64,000 nucleotides of DNA. It comes from Marsupella aquatica (lineage: Eukaryota > Plantae > Marchantiophyta). Positions 1-12,988 of the stretch are shown in pieces. Position 1 is the first letter of the stretch. The number at the start of each line of letters is the position of its first letter. The stretch is taken from NCBI GenBank assembly GCA_973895155.1, contig OZ316898.1, positions 7,737,079-7,801,078 of the forward strand, read 5' to 3'. The notes under the pieces were generated by a model. That model did not search any database. It saw nothing but the letters and a program-made list of their open reading frames with translations, and had not been told where the DNA came from. Made by a program: the position numbers and the translations under genes.

Positions 1-1829
1 CCCAGGGGATGAAATCCGCCCCGGGACAAAGCGGGCCAGCCAAACAAACCAGCAGAACCTGGATTAATCAGGCCAGGCAACCTTGGTGGTGCCCAGCCCA
101 AAGTCCCAGCATCCAGTGGGTCCTCACATAAGTTTCATTTGCATATCGTGCAGCTGAACCCTAGTCCAACCTTCATCCGGAAACATGGAAGGCTTAAGGA
201 AGGGTCCCAAACTACTCTGACATGCATGGTGAAATGAGACAATTTTGTCACTTGTGGAAGACTTTCATTCCTCTTTTGCCAGGAACAACTTTGTATTCCT
301 CTCTCATGATGCTGTTACTCTCTATCAACAGACCATTTCAACCCAGTTTCATGAGCGTACTCTAATCAATCGATCACAATTAGGTTTGTTGCAGTCTGCA
401 ACTTGCTTCAAAGATCATTGACTGTAGGTTTTCCTGTGGATGTAGTCATTCTCCTGGGCATTCTCTTGCACTTTGCGTGGGACGGTTTGACCTTCTTCCC
501 TACATCATCTTGTGTCTGCTACTTACTTTTACAGCATTGCAGAGCAAGTTTTTATAGTTAAAGTACCAAGTTGACTATAGTGTAGTCTGAGTATTGCGTG
601 TATTTTGCTAGTTTAAATTTCTCTCGGCAAAAACAAAAGAGGTTCTGATTCAAAACCTGTTGGGAAATTCCCAGGGAAAATTTCTGGTTTTGGTCATTTC
701 CCTTCATATTCGAGGGCATGCAACCGTGGCAGGAACCTAGTCACAGGTTCATATGTAGAAATTTACACCAATTTATTCTAGCTTCAATAAACTTACTTCA
801 AAATGGCTCAGAATGAATTGTGTATTCTATGTGAGATGCTTGGCCTAGTCTTTGGTTTGAGCCTATAAATGCCAGCTGCTTGGAAGACTATGTAGTTATT
901 ATTGTGCTATAATAAGTATGACACAGAATACATGTGCTGAACTTCATCTAGAACAATAACTTCATAGTCTTCTAAGCAAAGGAAAGGCAGCTCCAGGCAG
1001 CCCAGCCCAAACAGCATAATCAATGAATTGGTGTGCAGTCAGGCAATGACTCGTCAAGCTGCCCGGCTGACCCACTTCAATCTCTACCCACACATAGCTG
1101 GCCCCTTCTAAGACGCTGCTGTTTTAGTATTCATAATAAATTTGATTCTACCCTATTTAGGAATCTTGATTAGTTTAACTAGTTTTTGAAATAGAGACTA
1201 TCCTATATTATTCAAATGTATTGAAACAATGATTCTAAAAAGGTAATTGTAATAAAAATGCACTCCTCTAAAGTGAGGAGAGCTACGTACTTTTGTGTCA
1301 GACAATTACATTAAATTGAATATATATATATATTAATATATATATATGTACCTTAGCGTACAATACTTTGTGGTTGAAGGAGAGTACACTAGCTTTGAGC
1401 CTCTCTATTTAGATGACACCTGTTAATCTATAAACCATAAACATTGGAAAATTTTGACCAATGGACATGTAACCTACAGGGCATCTTTCATTAATGTCCT
1501 GGTTTAGCCTTGTGAGTATTAAAATTATAATTTCATATATAATCTAAAATGAAAAATATATTTATATAATCTAAATCATGCTCAACCAACCCACTTGAAA
1601 AGTTTTTGTTGGGCCAAGGGTATCTTCTTAGCTGTTGGCTAACGAGTATAATTTGGTAATTGTTTTGGCTACAGGCCTATTATTCAAATGACATAATTAC
1701 ACAACGACTAAATGCAGATCTACATTATAATTCATGAGATCTACCATTCATGACCTACTCAATAGAGTGAAGCCATAGGTCTCTGGTAACAGTTTGTTTT
1801 ATATTTAAACTATGTTTGTGAGTAGGGAG

Positions 1830-2621
1830 GGGCATGGGGAGTCTGGGTGCAAGGAACCCTTCCTATGTAGCGCACGGGTATTCAGGCTAGTAAACATGGT
1901 TGTCAATGATATGCAGAAGCACCACTCATACTTCCAAATGCAACAGTCACTTACTTATGATTCTTTGGCTTACACCAGCTCGCATAATGGATCACATTGA
2001 GGCAGCTTGGCTAGACATATAGTCCTCACAGATATCTGGATGCTCTCAAGTCCACTTTTAGCTTGACAATGTGGCCTAGACAAAACTAATAGCCAGCCCA
2101 CACTTGCTAAGGGCTTGCTAAATGGAGGGTATGGCTACCAGCAATTTACAGGGAATTTTTCATGCTACAAGGACAAACTCTTATGTGCCCAGAAAACTTT
2201 CCTCATAGTAGACCTACGTGTAAACTCACTTTTGTGTCAGTTGGTGCTTTTTAAAACTTTCAAAATTCTCTTACATCAATTTGGCTGCCAAGAGAGTTTC
2301 ACACTAACCTTTTATATTGTGCCACTTTTGTCAAAAAAGCCACCAGTTAGTCATGCCTGGTTAAGTAAGTTTGTGGATAGGTTCTTTTTTTCACAAAGCT
2401 TTTTGCAAAAGTTGCACTAAAATAGTTACAACCTTTGCAGGTAGGTCTAGTACCAAACTTTTTTTCTCATACAAAGAAAAGGCCCTAAATACTCCACCAC
2501 TCTCCAAAGCAAACTTACTCCCTTGGTAGTCAAAACTTGGTTTCCAAAAGCTCAAATATTGTGCCATTTTTCAGGAAGCCAATTTTAACTCCTTTCTGGG
2601 TAGCAAACTCATTGGCCATCT
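1830..2621 (-). pseudogene. Possible very decayed Mutator/FAR1-like coding remnant interrupted by the copia element (continues at 8276-8370)
   Basis: Removing the copia plus one TSD joins DGTSRAFVGL*|MANEFATQKGVKIGFLKNG in frame, resembling the start of a MuDR DNA-binding domain. The rest is full of stops. Confidence 0.3.
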
Positions 2622-2936
2622 TGTGGAGAGAAATCAGATCAGGAAAAACACTCCAAACAATAGTTACGTGGTTCATCTCAAGGTTGGCTACGTCCACGGG
2701 AAGACCAAGCTTTATTAACCGTTATGTGTCTACTCAAGCATCACCATAGCTCTCATCTGTTCAAGCTCTCATTTCTTGCTATATCACTGTGTTCTCTCTT
2801 GAGAACTCTCTTGTGTGTTCTCACACCACATAGAAGTTGAAGAGATAAGGACCAATCTCTTCAACTAGGGTTTACTCTAACCCTAGTTAACATATAGTTA
2901 ACCATAGTTCAACCCAAGACTAAGTTAACCTCTACA
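2622..2936 (-). repeat. 3' LTR of copia element (315 bp)
   Basis: Starts TGTGGAGAG right after TSD CATCT and ends CTCTACA. Near-identical to 8037-8275. Abuts PPT (plus-strand AACTCCCCCTTGAC, 2937-2950). Confidence 0.93.
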
Positions 2937-3130
2937 AACTCCCCCTTGACTCACGTCTTGGGAGGGTTCATAACATTGTCTTTTCCTTACAAGTTCCTCT
3001 ACGGGAAGTTCAAGACAATAGGGCCAAAAGACCCTCCCCCTAATGCAAGGGTTAACTAGAACTAAGCCGTAGCCAATAAGACATCGGATGGAGTACTCAT
3101 ATATAGACATTTTCTTGGTTAACTCTATAT

Positions 3131-6100
3131 TTACAATATTTGTAAATAATTACAATGCCTTGAAAAACTATTGGAGTCTAATATTTTGGTATAAGCATCC
3201 GTTGGATTAAGCTTTCCATCAATCTTGACAAGCTCAAATTCATCATCCGATAATGCCTGTTGAATGAAATGATAGCGGACATCAATGTGCTTTACCCAGC
3301 CATCCATCACCTAATTCTTGGCAGTGTAAATTGCACTTTGATTGTCACAATGAAGATATACACACTCTTGTGATAAACCCATCTCCGTGACAAGCTTTTT
3401 CAACCAAATGATCTCTGATGCTGCTTCTGCTGTCGCTACATACTCGGCATCCATAGTAGACTTTGCAACACACTTTTGGAGAGTAGACTTCCAACTAATG
3501 CATCCACCAGCAAGTGTAAATACATATCCAGTTGTTGAACTCCTCTTATCCAAATCACCTGCGTAGTCTGCATCCACATAATCCTGAAGCACTTTCATAT
3601 TGTTTGAACTTGCATCAAACAATAAACCCTTCTTAGTGGAACCTCTGATGTAGTGCAAAATCCATTTCACTGCTTCCCAATGAACTTTTCCTGGATTTGC
3701 CATGTATCTGCTTACCTTGCTAACGGCATAAACTATGTCTGGTCGGGTGCATACAATGAGATACATTAAACTACCCATAGCACTTTCATAAGGAACTTTG
3801 GACATCAAACTTTTTTCTGTTGCATCCGATGGACAAAATGCTGTAGAAATATTAAAATGCCTTGCCAAAGGAACACTCACAGCCTTAGCATCTGCCATAT
3901 TGAATTTTGAGAGCACCTTCTCTGCATATCTTATTTGTGTCAGCCAAAGTTTGGCTTTGTTCACATCCCTCACAATCTCCATGCCTAGGATCCTCTTGGC
4001 TGTGCCCAAGTCCTTCATCTTAAACTCAGAACTGAGTTGGGCCTTAAGCTTATCAACTTCGCCCCTATCTTTTGCTGCAATGAGCATGTCATCCACATAA
4101 AATACAAGGATGACAAACTTAAAACCTGTGATGTTCACACGCCTGATGTAAACACATGGATCGTACACACTTTGCACAAATCCAAGTGATTTAAAAAATT
4201 TATCAAAACCCTTGTTCCACTGCCTTGGGCTCTGCTGTAATCCATACAAGGATTTTAGCAATCTGCATACCAAATTTTCCTTGCCCTTTTGCACAAAACC
4301 CTCTGGTTACCTCATGTAAATCACCTCATCCAACGATCCATGTAAGAATATCGTGACAACATCCATTTGATCTAAAACCAGATCAAATAAAATTACAAGA
4401 GCACATAGCAAACGTATTGTTGAATACTTTGCTACAGGTGAAAAAACCTCATTGTAGTCTATACCTTTTTGTTGAGTAAAACCCTTGGCTACCAACCGAG
4501 CCTTAAATATCTTCTCAGCATCCTCCGTGGGTCCATCTTTTTTCCTATACACCCACTTGCTGTCAACAGCCTACTTGTTACTAGGTAGACTTGTGAGTTC
4601 CCAAGTCTTGTTATCATGAAGTGATTTCATTTCCATGTGCATCGCCGCTTGCCATTGTTGCTTCTCCATAGAAGCTGGGACCTCTCGAAATGAGGATGGA
4701 TCTTCATCTTTTGTCACCAATGCATCAATAGATTCTTCATCCAAATCCACTTGATCAGAAGGAAGCCAAGTTCCATACCTTTCCCGGGCTTGACGTTTGC
4801 GAGTTCCTCTTCGCACTGAAGACTCTGGCTGATCTGATTGTAGTGTACTTTGCCTTACAGTGGTGTCAACATATTCTTCATCTGACACATCCTTTCCCCT
4901 TAAATCCTCTAGACGAGATTGCTCTTTGTTAGTAGTAGGGAATTGATCTATCTCCCCCTCCTTCAAGGATTTTTCTTCATTGAAGGATACATCCCGACTA
5001 ACAAGTAACTTGCAATCAACTGGATCCCACAACCGATAACCTTTAACTTCACGCTGATAACAAAGAAAAATGCATTTATGGGCTCTGGGATCTAGCTTAG
5101 TTCTATTGTTGCTAGGAACATGTGCATATGCTTCACAGCCAAAAACCCTCAGCTTTGAATAATCAGCAAGTCAATTGTGTCATAACTCAAAGGGGGTTTT
5201 GTAAGTAATTGCTCGACTAGGAGAGAGATTTACTAGATAAGCAGCAATGTTGACAGCTTCCGCCCAAAAGATTTGTGGCAATTTAGAGTGGCTCAACATG
5301 CTCCTTGCTCGCTCCAACAATGTGCGGTTGAGTTGCTCAACAACATCATTTTTCTCAGGAGTGTACACAGTTGTGAGATGGTGAATAATTCCCTTATTTG
5401 CACAATACGTGTTGAACTTGCCAGAGGTGTATTCACCACCATTATCTGATTGTAGATATCTCACATTCTTTGCAGTCTGTGTCTCACCTTGAGCTACCCA
5501 TTGTTTGAAGATGGAAAGCACTTCAAACTTATGGGCAATTAAGTAAATTATCCAAACAAACCTTGAGTAATCATCAATAAACGATACATAGTATTGTTTG
5601 CCTGAATGTGAGGAAATCGGAGCAGGACCCCACACATCGGAATGAATATACTCAAGTACAGCTTTAAAATGATGAATGACAATACAAAATGGAGTTTTTA
5701 TTTTCTTGCCGACAATGCAATGATTACAAAAACTCAACTTGCATGCTTGCAATCCTAGTAGGCGATGTTGCTTGTGTAAGATTTCCAAACTTTTTTCACT
5801 CATGTGACCAAACCGAGCATGCCATAAATTGATTTTCTCCTCCTGAGATTGACCAAATTGACTTCGGCAAGAAGGGTGGTGCCTTCCAAGACATAGATGT
5901 TTTTTTTCCTCTTGCCAATAAGAACTTCATTTGATCCGTGCATGACTGTTAACACCCCATTAGTTGCACTCCATTGATAACCCTTTGCATCCAAGTAGCC
6001 AAGAGAAATCAAATTCTTACACATTTCTGGAATGTGTCTGACATTTGATAGAGTACAGTACTTGCCATCGGGTAGTTGAATCTTTACGAATCCAATCCCT

Positions 6101-7161
6101 AAAACTTTGCAAGAATGATTATTTCCCATCAAAACAGATCTGTTGATAGGAGTGTAGGATGAGAAAAATTCACACATATAATACATGTGATACGAGCAAG
6201 CGGAATCCAAAATCCATTGATAATCCTCAACTTGGGAAGTGGTACACAATGCAAATCCTTCACTATCCTCTTCTCGAACAACTATTTGGGCTGAAGAACC
6301 GACAACTTCCTTGAATGTGTCTTTGATGCAAAAATTCTTCTTCATGTGGCCCACTTTGTCACACTTCCAACACTTTATCTCACGAGTAGACTTGGATGGT
6401 GATTTGGATCGAGATCTAGATCTGGATCTAAACCTCCTCCTACCAAAAGATCGGTCGTGGAACCTTCCTCGCACCATGGGAAGTGGGTTAAACCTTTTGT
6501 TTTCATGAGATGGCTCCCTTGATTTTCCTCTTTCTACCAACAGTATTGTTGATGATGAGGTTGAGATAAGATGAGCTGAAGAAACCAGCTTAGACTGCAT
6601 GTTATCGGTCAATAGGGCACTCACCACATCATTGTAGGATATAGTTGTCTTCACGGAATAGAAGAACTCGAGACAAAGATTGGTACGAAGGTGGTAGTGA
6701 GCTCAAGAGTTGTAAGGCTTTATTTTCTTCGCTTAAATGCTCCCCCAAATTCTCTAGGTCAACCACAAGATGATTGAACTGATCGATCTGATCTTGAATC
6801 TTGACTCCATCAGCCATTTTGAATTGCATGAGCTTTAGGCTTGCATACATTCGGTTTGACATCTCCTTCTTGTAGTACTTGTTGTGTAATGCTTGAAACA
6901 AGTCCGTCATCGTTTGTGTTGATTTTTCCTCGAACTGCTTCTTCACATTGTTTTTCAGGTACATTCCAACAATGCTTACCGCTTGATCCTGAAGATCATG
7001 CCAATCATCATCTTCCATCTCCTTGGGTTGAGATCTTAGTACCTTGCCTAGGCCCATCGCCTAAGTGCATCCCTCACGTTACGTTCCCACATTGTATAGT
7101 CCATCCGACCATCAAATTTTTCCACCTCAAACCTTGGACCTCCAATCCTAGTAGTCGTCAT
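3131..7161 (-). pseudogene. Copia gag-pol polyprotein, frameshifted and with premature stops
   Basis: Gag start FEVEKFDG. Zinc knuckle CWKCDKVGHMKKNFC. Protease WILDSACSYHM. Integrase IHSDVWGP / SDNGGEY. RT KARLVAKGF, LYGLQQSPRQW, YVDDML. RNase H DADYAGD...CDNQSAI...HIDVRYHF. Split over at least 6 ORF fragments. Confidence 0.95.
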
Positions 7162-8020
7162 CGCTGGAATGCCGAATGTAGTGTGGAGTCACATTCCGAC
7201 AAGAAATAAACGTCGAATGCTCAGATGCGGGGTGTAAAAATAAGGCCAAAAATGAAAGTTGGTGAATTTTGAAACTGATCATTGTTTTGTGTAGCCCACA
7301 AGGTAACGCTCCAAATTCTGAAAACGATTTGTCAAATGGACTCTCGAGTGCCGAGAATTTTTACTCCGACCGAATGGGGGTAAAAGATGAAATAATTACC
7401 CCTCGAGGGAATCTATTATGCCAAAAATTCCACTAGTATAGTTTTTCAAAATCAAATGCACCAATACTTGCCTAGCTTTTCCAAGTATGCCTCTCCAAAA
7501 GTTGAAGTTGATCCGATTTTGTTTGCTACTCGGAATCTTTGACCTTCGGTAAAAATTTAAGCCTCTGGAAAAGAATCTTTTTTGGAAATTCTGTCCGCCC
7601 TTGTACAGCCCCTATGGGGGACTTCGCAGGGGGCACTTCCCCCTGCCCAAGCCCTGTCGAGCCCTAAAAGGCCTCCTCAAAGTTTTTGACCTCCTCGGAA
7701 GTTGCGACTACTCGCGGCAGAAAGTAACCCTTGGCGGATTCACTCAAATTCCCGTCTCAGTTTTTGACAAAATCCAATTCTGATTTTAGATTCAAAAACT
7801 AGACTTTGAGGGCATCAAGATTGATATAAAGAAAATTATTTCTGTTTTTGACCTCAGGCCTTCATTGCTTCACTGAAATGAGCCCTTGGTTGTGTGCTCC
7901 ACACTTGTGAGAAGATTGAGTCCAATCTTCTTCCAATAGCTCCGCTTCAAAGAGGAAATCATCCGCTGTTCGCTTTGCTTGAAAAAAGTTCTATGGTGTT
8001 CCTAATCGACTGAAAAATCT

Positions 8021-8034
8021 GAGCTCTAATACCA
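8021..8034 (-). promoter_or_regulatory. Primer-binding site for initiator tRNA-Met
   Basis: Minus strand reads TGGTATTAGAGCTC, 2 nt from the LTR end, one mismatch from canonical TGGTATCAGAGC. Confidence 0.9.
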
Positions 8035-8036
8035 AT

Positions 8037-8275
8037 TGTGGGAAGACCAAGTTTTATTTACGGTTATGTGTCTACTCAAGCATCACCATAGCTCTCATCT
8101 CTTCAAGCTCTCATCTCTTGCTATATCACTATGTTCTCTCTTGAGAACTCTCTTGTGTGTTCTCACACCACATAGAAGTTGAAGAGATAAGGACCAATCT
8201 CTTCAACTAGGGTTTACTCTAACCCTAGTTAACATACTAACCATAGCTCAACCCAAGACTGAGTTAACCTCTACA
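8037..8275 (-). repeat. 5' LTR of copia element (239 bp; lacks ~73 bp of U5)
   Basis: TGTGGGAAGACC...CTCTACA, matching 2698-2936. Followed by TSD CATCT. Confidence 0.93.
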
Positions 8276-9722
8276 CATCTAGAGTCCTACAAATGCCCTG
8301 GAAGTCCCATCATGTATGACTAAGTATAGGGGTTGTTCATTGGGTTCAGTGGAAGACTTGTAAATTTTTGTGGAAGAACCTTAGCGGTGTTTTAATCCAC
8401 TTGTGTGAATCAAAGGAGTTTTTAAAACAAAAGTTGACAATATTTTTACAATATTCCAAAATTTAGGGGCAGAATTAGTTTCAAACTGTTTTCTTATATT
8501 TTAAGGTGTTTATTACTATGCGTGATATGGGACCCCCCTTGGAGTGAGGCCCCCGAGCTTGCTGCCTGACAAAGGTTATTGGTTGCTTGTATTTTACAAA
8601 CCCAGCAGTTAGATGGTTCTTTTACTTGTTAACGTTAAGGTGGTTTCTTGATCCCTTGTCTCGGAGTCCACTGCAGTCTACCATGTCTGTTGAACTAAGA
8701 CGTCATTCTTGACGATACGATCATGACTCATACCATGCACACATAGTCGACAAAATCCATACATGGTTCACCTCTTCTCCAAGGCTACGTCCACACAAAC
8801 ATGAAAAGCTTTACTTCAAGAGTCGTCACTGTCACGTCGTCAGCCTAGGCCTTAACCCGGGCTTTGGCTTAGACAGACACATCCTTCGTCAAAATGAGGG
8901 TTTGAGCAGGGAGGGAGGCACGGAATGCACCTAACTCACGTAAACTAGCGCTAAGTGTGCCTATTGTCATATACGGACACCTCCTAGGTATGGTTTGTGT
9001 TCCGCCGCCGGAACGTACCTCAATTGATAGCAGGATCGACCCCGGCTTACGGACTTCTAAGCCTTCGTGTTATCCGCCTTCGATCCGGATTCAATGATAT
9101 GGGTACTCAACCCGGGCTCGCAACCACTTACCCGCAAGCTACACCCCGTGCACAACTTGGGTAGTGCGTTTGGCCAAGCGTTGGCACCTATACACAAGAT
9201 TCACACATATACATATGCACAAGCATGCAATCTTGATTTACACGAAGAAAATAATGGGAAAGGATTTTACTACATAGGAGACATACGCGTACACTTAGTT
9301 GACCTGAAAGCTCTTGAATGAATAGGTCCAAGGCCGAGGGTATACACTACAATGGAGCCCGGCTCCACACTCGCCAAACGAGCTTAGTCTTACGCCCTCC
9401 CCTTGGTACTCTTTCACTCCCAGAGGTCGGGACTCCCCGCACATACCGCGGATGTCCAACATTGAGACTAAAAAACCCCCTGCCTCTACCGAGGGGTGCA
9501 CTAAATGCTAAGGGCCAAGGAACGGAGTGTCCTTGCACCCAAAGATTTGCTAACTAAGGTCCTAACTAAGCTGGCTGTTAGGCCAAAAAACGGCTTGTCT
9601 TATTAGAAGATCCTATTCTACGCAGGCTGGTCAGCATGGCAGTGCCGCTTTAGCTAGGGCGGCCACTGGTTGCTATAGCCTGGTTTAGCTACTCCTGACT
9701 GTATTCTAATCCTACTCTGCCG

Positions 9723-12700
9723 CTAATGCCTGGTGCACTTGCCAGAGCCGTCTGAGTGGGAGCGGCCATCCCGCTGTCTACGGAGTCTGTCGTTGTTCGT
9801 TTTGAGGAGCTGGACTTGGTCTAACAGAGATTTGTTCTCTTGTTTCGCCGCGTCCGTCTCCTCCGCTGCCTCTTGGCATGCCTCTTCCAGCTACTGGGCG
9901 TCGCTCGTCAGCATGCCCACCATCCGGTTCTGCTTCTCGGCTTCGGTTTGAAGCCGCGCTACTTCGGCCTGTAGAGCGGCTATCTCCGCAGTGTCACGCT
10001 GGGCCCGTTCTTCGGCCTCCTCTAGGTCTTTCTGCCAGATGACAGTTTGATTCTTCAAACTGTCAATCTGGGTCCGGAGCCGTGAAATATCGGCCTCCTT
10101 CCCAGCTTTGGCCTGCTCGGCTAGGGCGGTAAGGGCGTGCGCCTTCACTAACAACTCATCGGCGGCTGCAACCTTGGGTCGTAGTTGCAGAAGTTGAGCC
10201 TCTTGAGCCGCAACTTCGTTCTTTAAGTACACGGACTCAACCTGGTATCGCTCTATCCTTTGAAGGGCCTCCGACTGGGCCCGACTTGCCTTTACTGCGG
10301 TAACTAACTCCTGATTGAAGAAATAGGCTACCTTCCAGGCCATAAGCTCCCCGGCATCCTGGACAATCTGTTGAGAGAAATCTCCCAGAAGCCCGTTCAG
10401 AAATGTACCCGGTACAAAGAGTTCCGGGTGATCCAGGTTGTGCCTATCCGGATTTGGGCACGGGCAGACGTCAACTTGCGCGGGGGCCGGGGTAGTGACA
10501 TCCAGCCCTGGAGATGTAGTGTTGGAAGGGGCTGGAGTGTCCTCCTCCATCATCGTCCGGTCCTTCGGAATAGCCACCGGTGGGTCTTCTGGACCCTCGG
10601 GCTTGGGTAAGGCCTCCATGGTCCCAACTTCTGTTCTTGGCCCGGCCTGGTTGATCGTATCTAAGGTTGCGATCACAGCCTCCGGTACCTCTTCGGCCAC
10701 GGCTACTGCTACTTGCGGAGGTGGGGTGGGTGAAGCCTGCGTGGCCGCTGGACTTCGGGCCTTGGGTTGGGGCCGTCTTTCCAAGGCCGGGAAGACCCAC
10801 CCAGCTGGGACCAACTTAGTTACATTGACCCGGGGAAGGGTTCGTTGATCAAACCGGGCGTACCACTCGAGAATGATCTCGATGTGGCTTGCAAAATATG
10901 CCTTCCCGCCGATGTATAGCGCCTTTCTTCGCCGCTCCATCTCTTCATGGAATTTCTTAGCAAAGTATGACGCCCACTTCCTAGGTCGATAGTTCTCGAC
11001 CTGGATAACTTGGGCAGCGGAGATCTCACCCCAGGGTTCCATCATGTGGAGGGCGTACCTCTGGAACTCCAGCCGCTCGGCTATCTCGGGGATGAGGCAG
11101 GTCCTCATTACGAACCTGTTGTCCACTGATCCCTCGGAGGGAAAACTCAAGGATTGGTACTTGGCTCCCTTGCCCCCGGGAGCCCATGATTCGACTTGGT
11201 GATTGCCCTCGGGTAACCCAAAGATCATCTTGAGCCGCTCCTCTGTGAGGGACATATTCCTCCCCCGTAGCCGAGTATGCTGACGGGCGTCATCATAATT
11301 CTTGACGAACTCCGTCATGTCCTCCTCGTAGTACCTGCAGGTGTTCCAGGGGAGAGAGGCGAGGTGCTAGAATCCTTGAGTTTTCAGGTACACCGCATGT
11401 TTGGGTTGGAGGATGTTCTTATGCACGTTTTCCCCCATACGGTGCATTGTCACCTTGGCCGCGGCTACCGTGGCCATGGGTAACCCCGATACAGCTGCGG
11501 GTTCCTTCCTCTTCTTTCCCCGCGATTGGCTCAGGGAGGGTGACACCTCCCCATCCTCTCGATCGGGGATAGATAGTGCCACCGCCGTTAGCATTGGGGC
11601 CGGGGTGGCTACGGTCACCGTGTCTACTGGAGCCACTTCTCGGGTCCGGGCCTGGGGAGGGGGCGATGTAGTGCCGGCTCCCTGAGTGCTTGCTCCTCTG
11701 GGCCGCCTGAGCAAGGGTGGGGTAGCCTCGTCATCGTCGCTGAGGTCCATAGCGTTGACGATCAAGCGTACTTGTACTGGCGGGGCAACCGGCGGTGGGG
11801 ATCGGCTATGGGCCTCATTCACAATTGGGTGTACCTCACAGGAACCACTTTCAGGACTCAAAAACATGTTTTTTTAGTGAAAAATGACTTTTGTAACATG
11901 GAAAAAGCTTCATCATGATTTTATCTCAAGACATTTAAGTCTAATTTTTTCACAAGACTATTTTACATGGTGTAACCTACCTCACCATGTAGATAAATCA
12001 AGTTTTTAACTTTTTTAAGGAATCCTATTATTGATGGCCCTAAATAAGCCAAAATTACTGATTATTTTTGTCCTGTACATAAAGGTTTAGTGTGTGTCAA
12101 TATTTGAGTTTTAAAATATAGGATTATTCTATTAGTATGCATGCCTTGGTAAAATTTCATTGTCTAAAATGCAAGTTTTAGAGTCCTTTCGAGTCCTGAA
12201 ATGATGTGACTCGTTGCGTGACAAGTCCTTTTATCAATCTTTGAAGGACATATAAGGAAAGCTTCAAAGTCTCAAATGCTAGATAGTTTAATTAATGTTA
12301 CCAACCTACAGGATGTTTATTAAGTATAGTACATCAAATTTTGCATATAATCTCATTACACCTTACAAATGATGTCCTAAAGCATAATAAACTATGGTCA
12401 CTTTTGAGTGTGACGTTCCTTTTGGGTCCTCAAATTGTGAATGAGGCCTATGCTGAGACTGAAGTTGAGCCTGAGCCTGCGCCGATGCGGGTACGGGTAT
12501 GGGGTCGACTGGGCCGGCACCGGTGGTTGATGGTCTGGTTCCCATGAAGTTCTGCAGGTGCTGGTAGATGTTTTTCGCAACAAGTGTAGACGGCCTTGTC
12601 GATCGGGTAGTGCTGAACTCACTATTGATGATAGCCTGGACCCGAGCGGGGATGTGGTCAAAGTGGTGTCGTTGCAAGTCGATCGTGCCCGGGATAGTGA

Positions 12701-12988
12701 AGACCGCGTCCGGGAGCCGAAGCAATGCTTCCCAGAAACCGATATATTTGCCTCCGTCAAAGAAGTACCCTGATACCTCTTTGGGTTGATAAAGCTCACT
12801 CTGGGACGGTACTCAAAGTTAAGGAGATAGTGGTGGCGGCCTGCTAGGCGGATGGCTCTCTCGTATTTGCGTTTGATCTCATATCAATGCGGGTTGGCGT
12901 GTTTCAAGGAGTTGGCCAAGTGCCCTCCGATAGACAGGAACTGTGTCCAGAATCGTATGGCCAAACTGGAAAGGATCATATTTGACAT
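9723..12988 (-). pseudogene. Retrotransposon accessory ORF (~870 aa reconstructed): Pro-rich region, Transposase_32-like (plant transposon protein) domain, C-terminal coiled coil
   Basis: Removing the MITE plus one TSD fuses LQSQ|HSRSPPP in frame. In-frame TAGs at 11367 and 9891 can be read through (QGF*HLASLPWNTCRYYEEDMTEFVKNY...LRGRNMSLTEERLKMIFGLP). Heptad-rich C-terminus runs to a stop at 9723. One more stop and one frameshift near the 5' end. Confidence 0.75.
11811..12448. mobile_element. MITE (638 bp, AT-rich) with 16-bp perfect TIR and 4-bp TSD TATG
   Basis: GGCCTCATTCACAATT (11811-11826) and AATTGTGAATGAGGCC (12433-12448). TATG on both flanks. Excision restores the host ORF frame. 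Confidence 0.92.

Larger units (their letters stand above)
2622..8275 (-). mobile_element. Full-length decayed Ty1/copia LTR retrotransposon (Tnt1/Tork-like)
   Basis: Both LTRs have TG...CA ends. Perfect 5-bp TSD CATCT at 2617-2621 and 8276-8280. PBS and PPT present. Minus-strand domain order is gag-PR-INT-RT-RH. Confidence 0.96.

Noticed and set aside
2695-2700. Apparent left end of the copia element from LTR-LTR identity
   Set aside because: No TG or TSD here. The true end is 2622, with TSD CATCT.
9733-11877. Several plus-strand ORFs
   Set aside because: Antisense shadows of the GC-rich minus-strand ORF.
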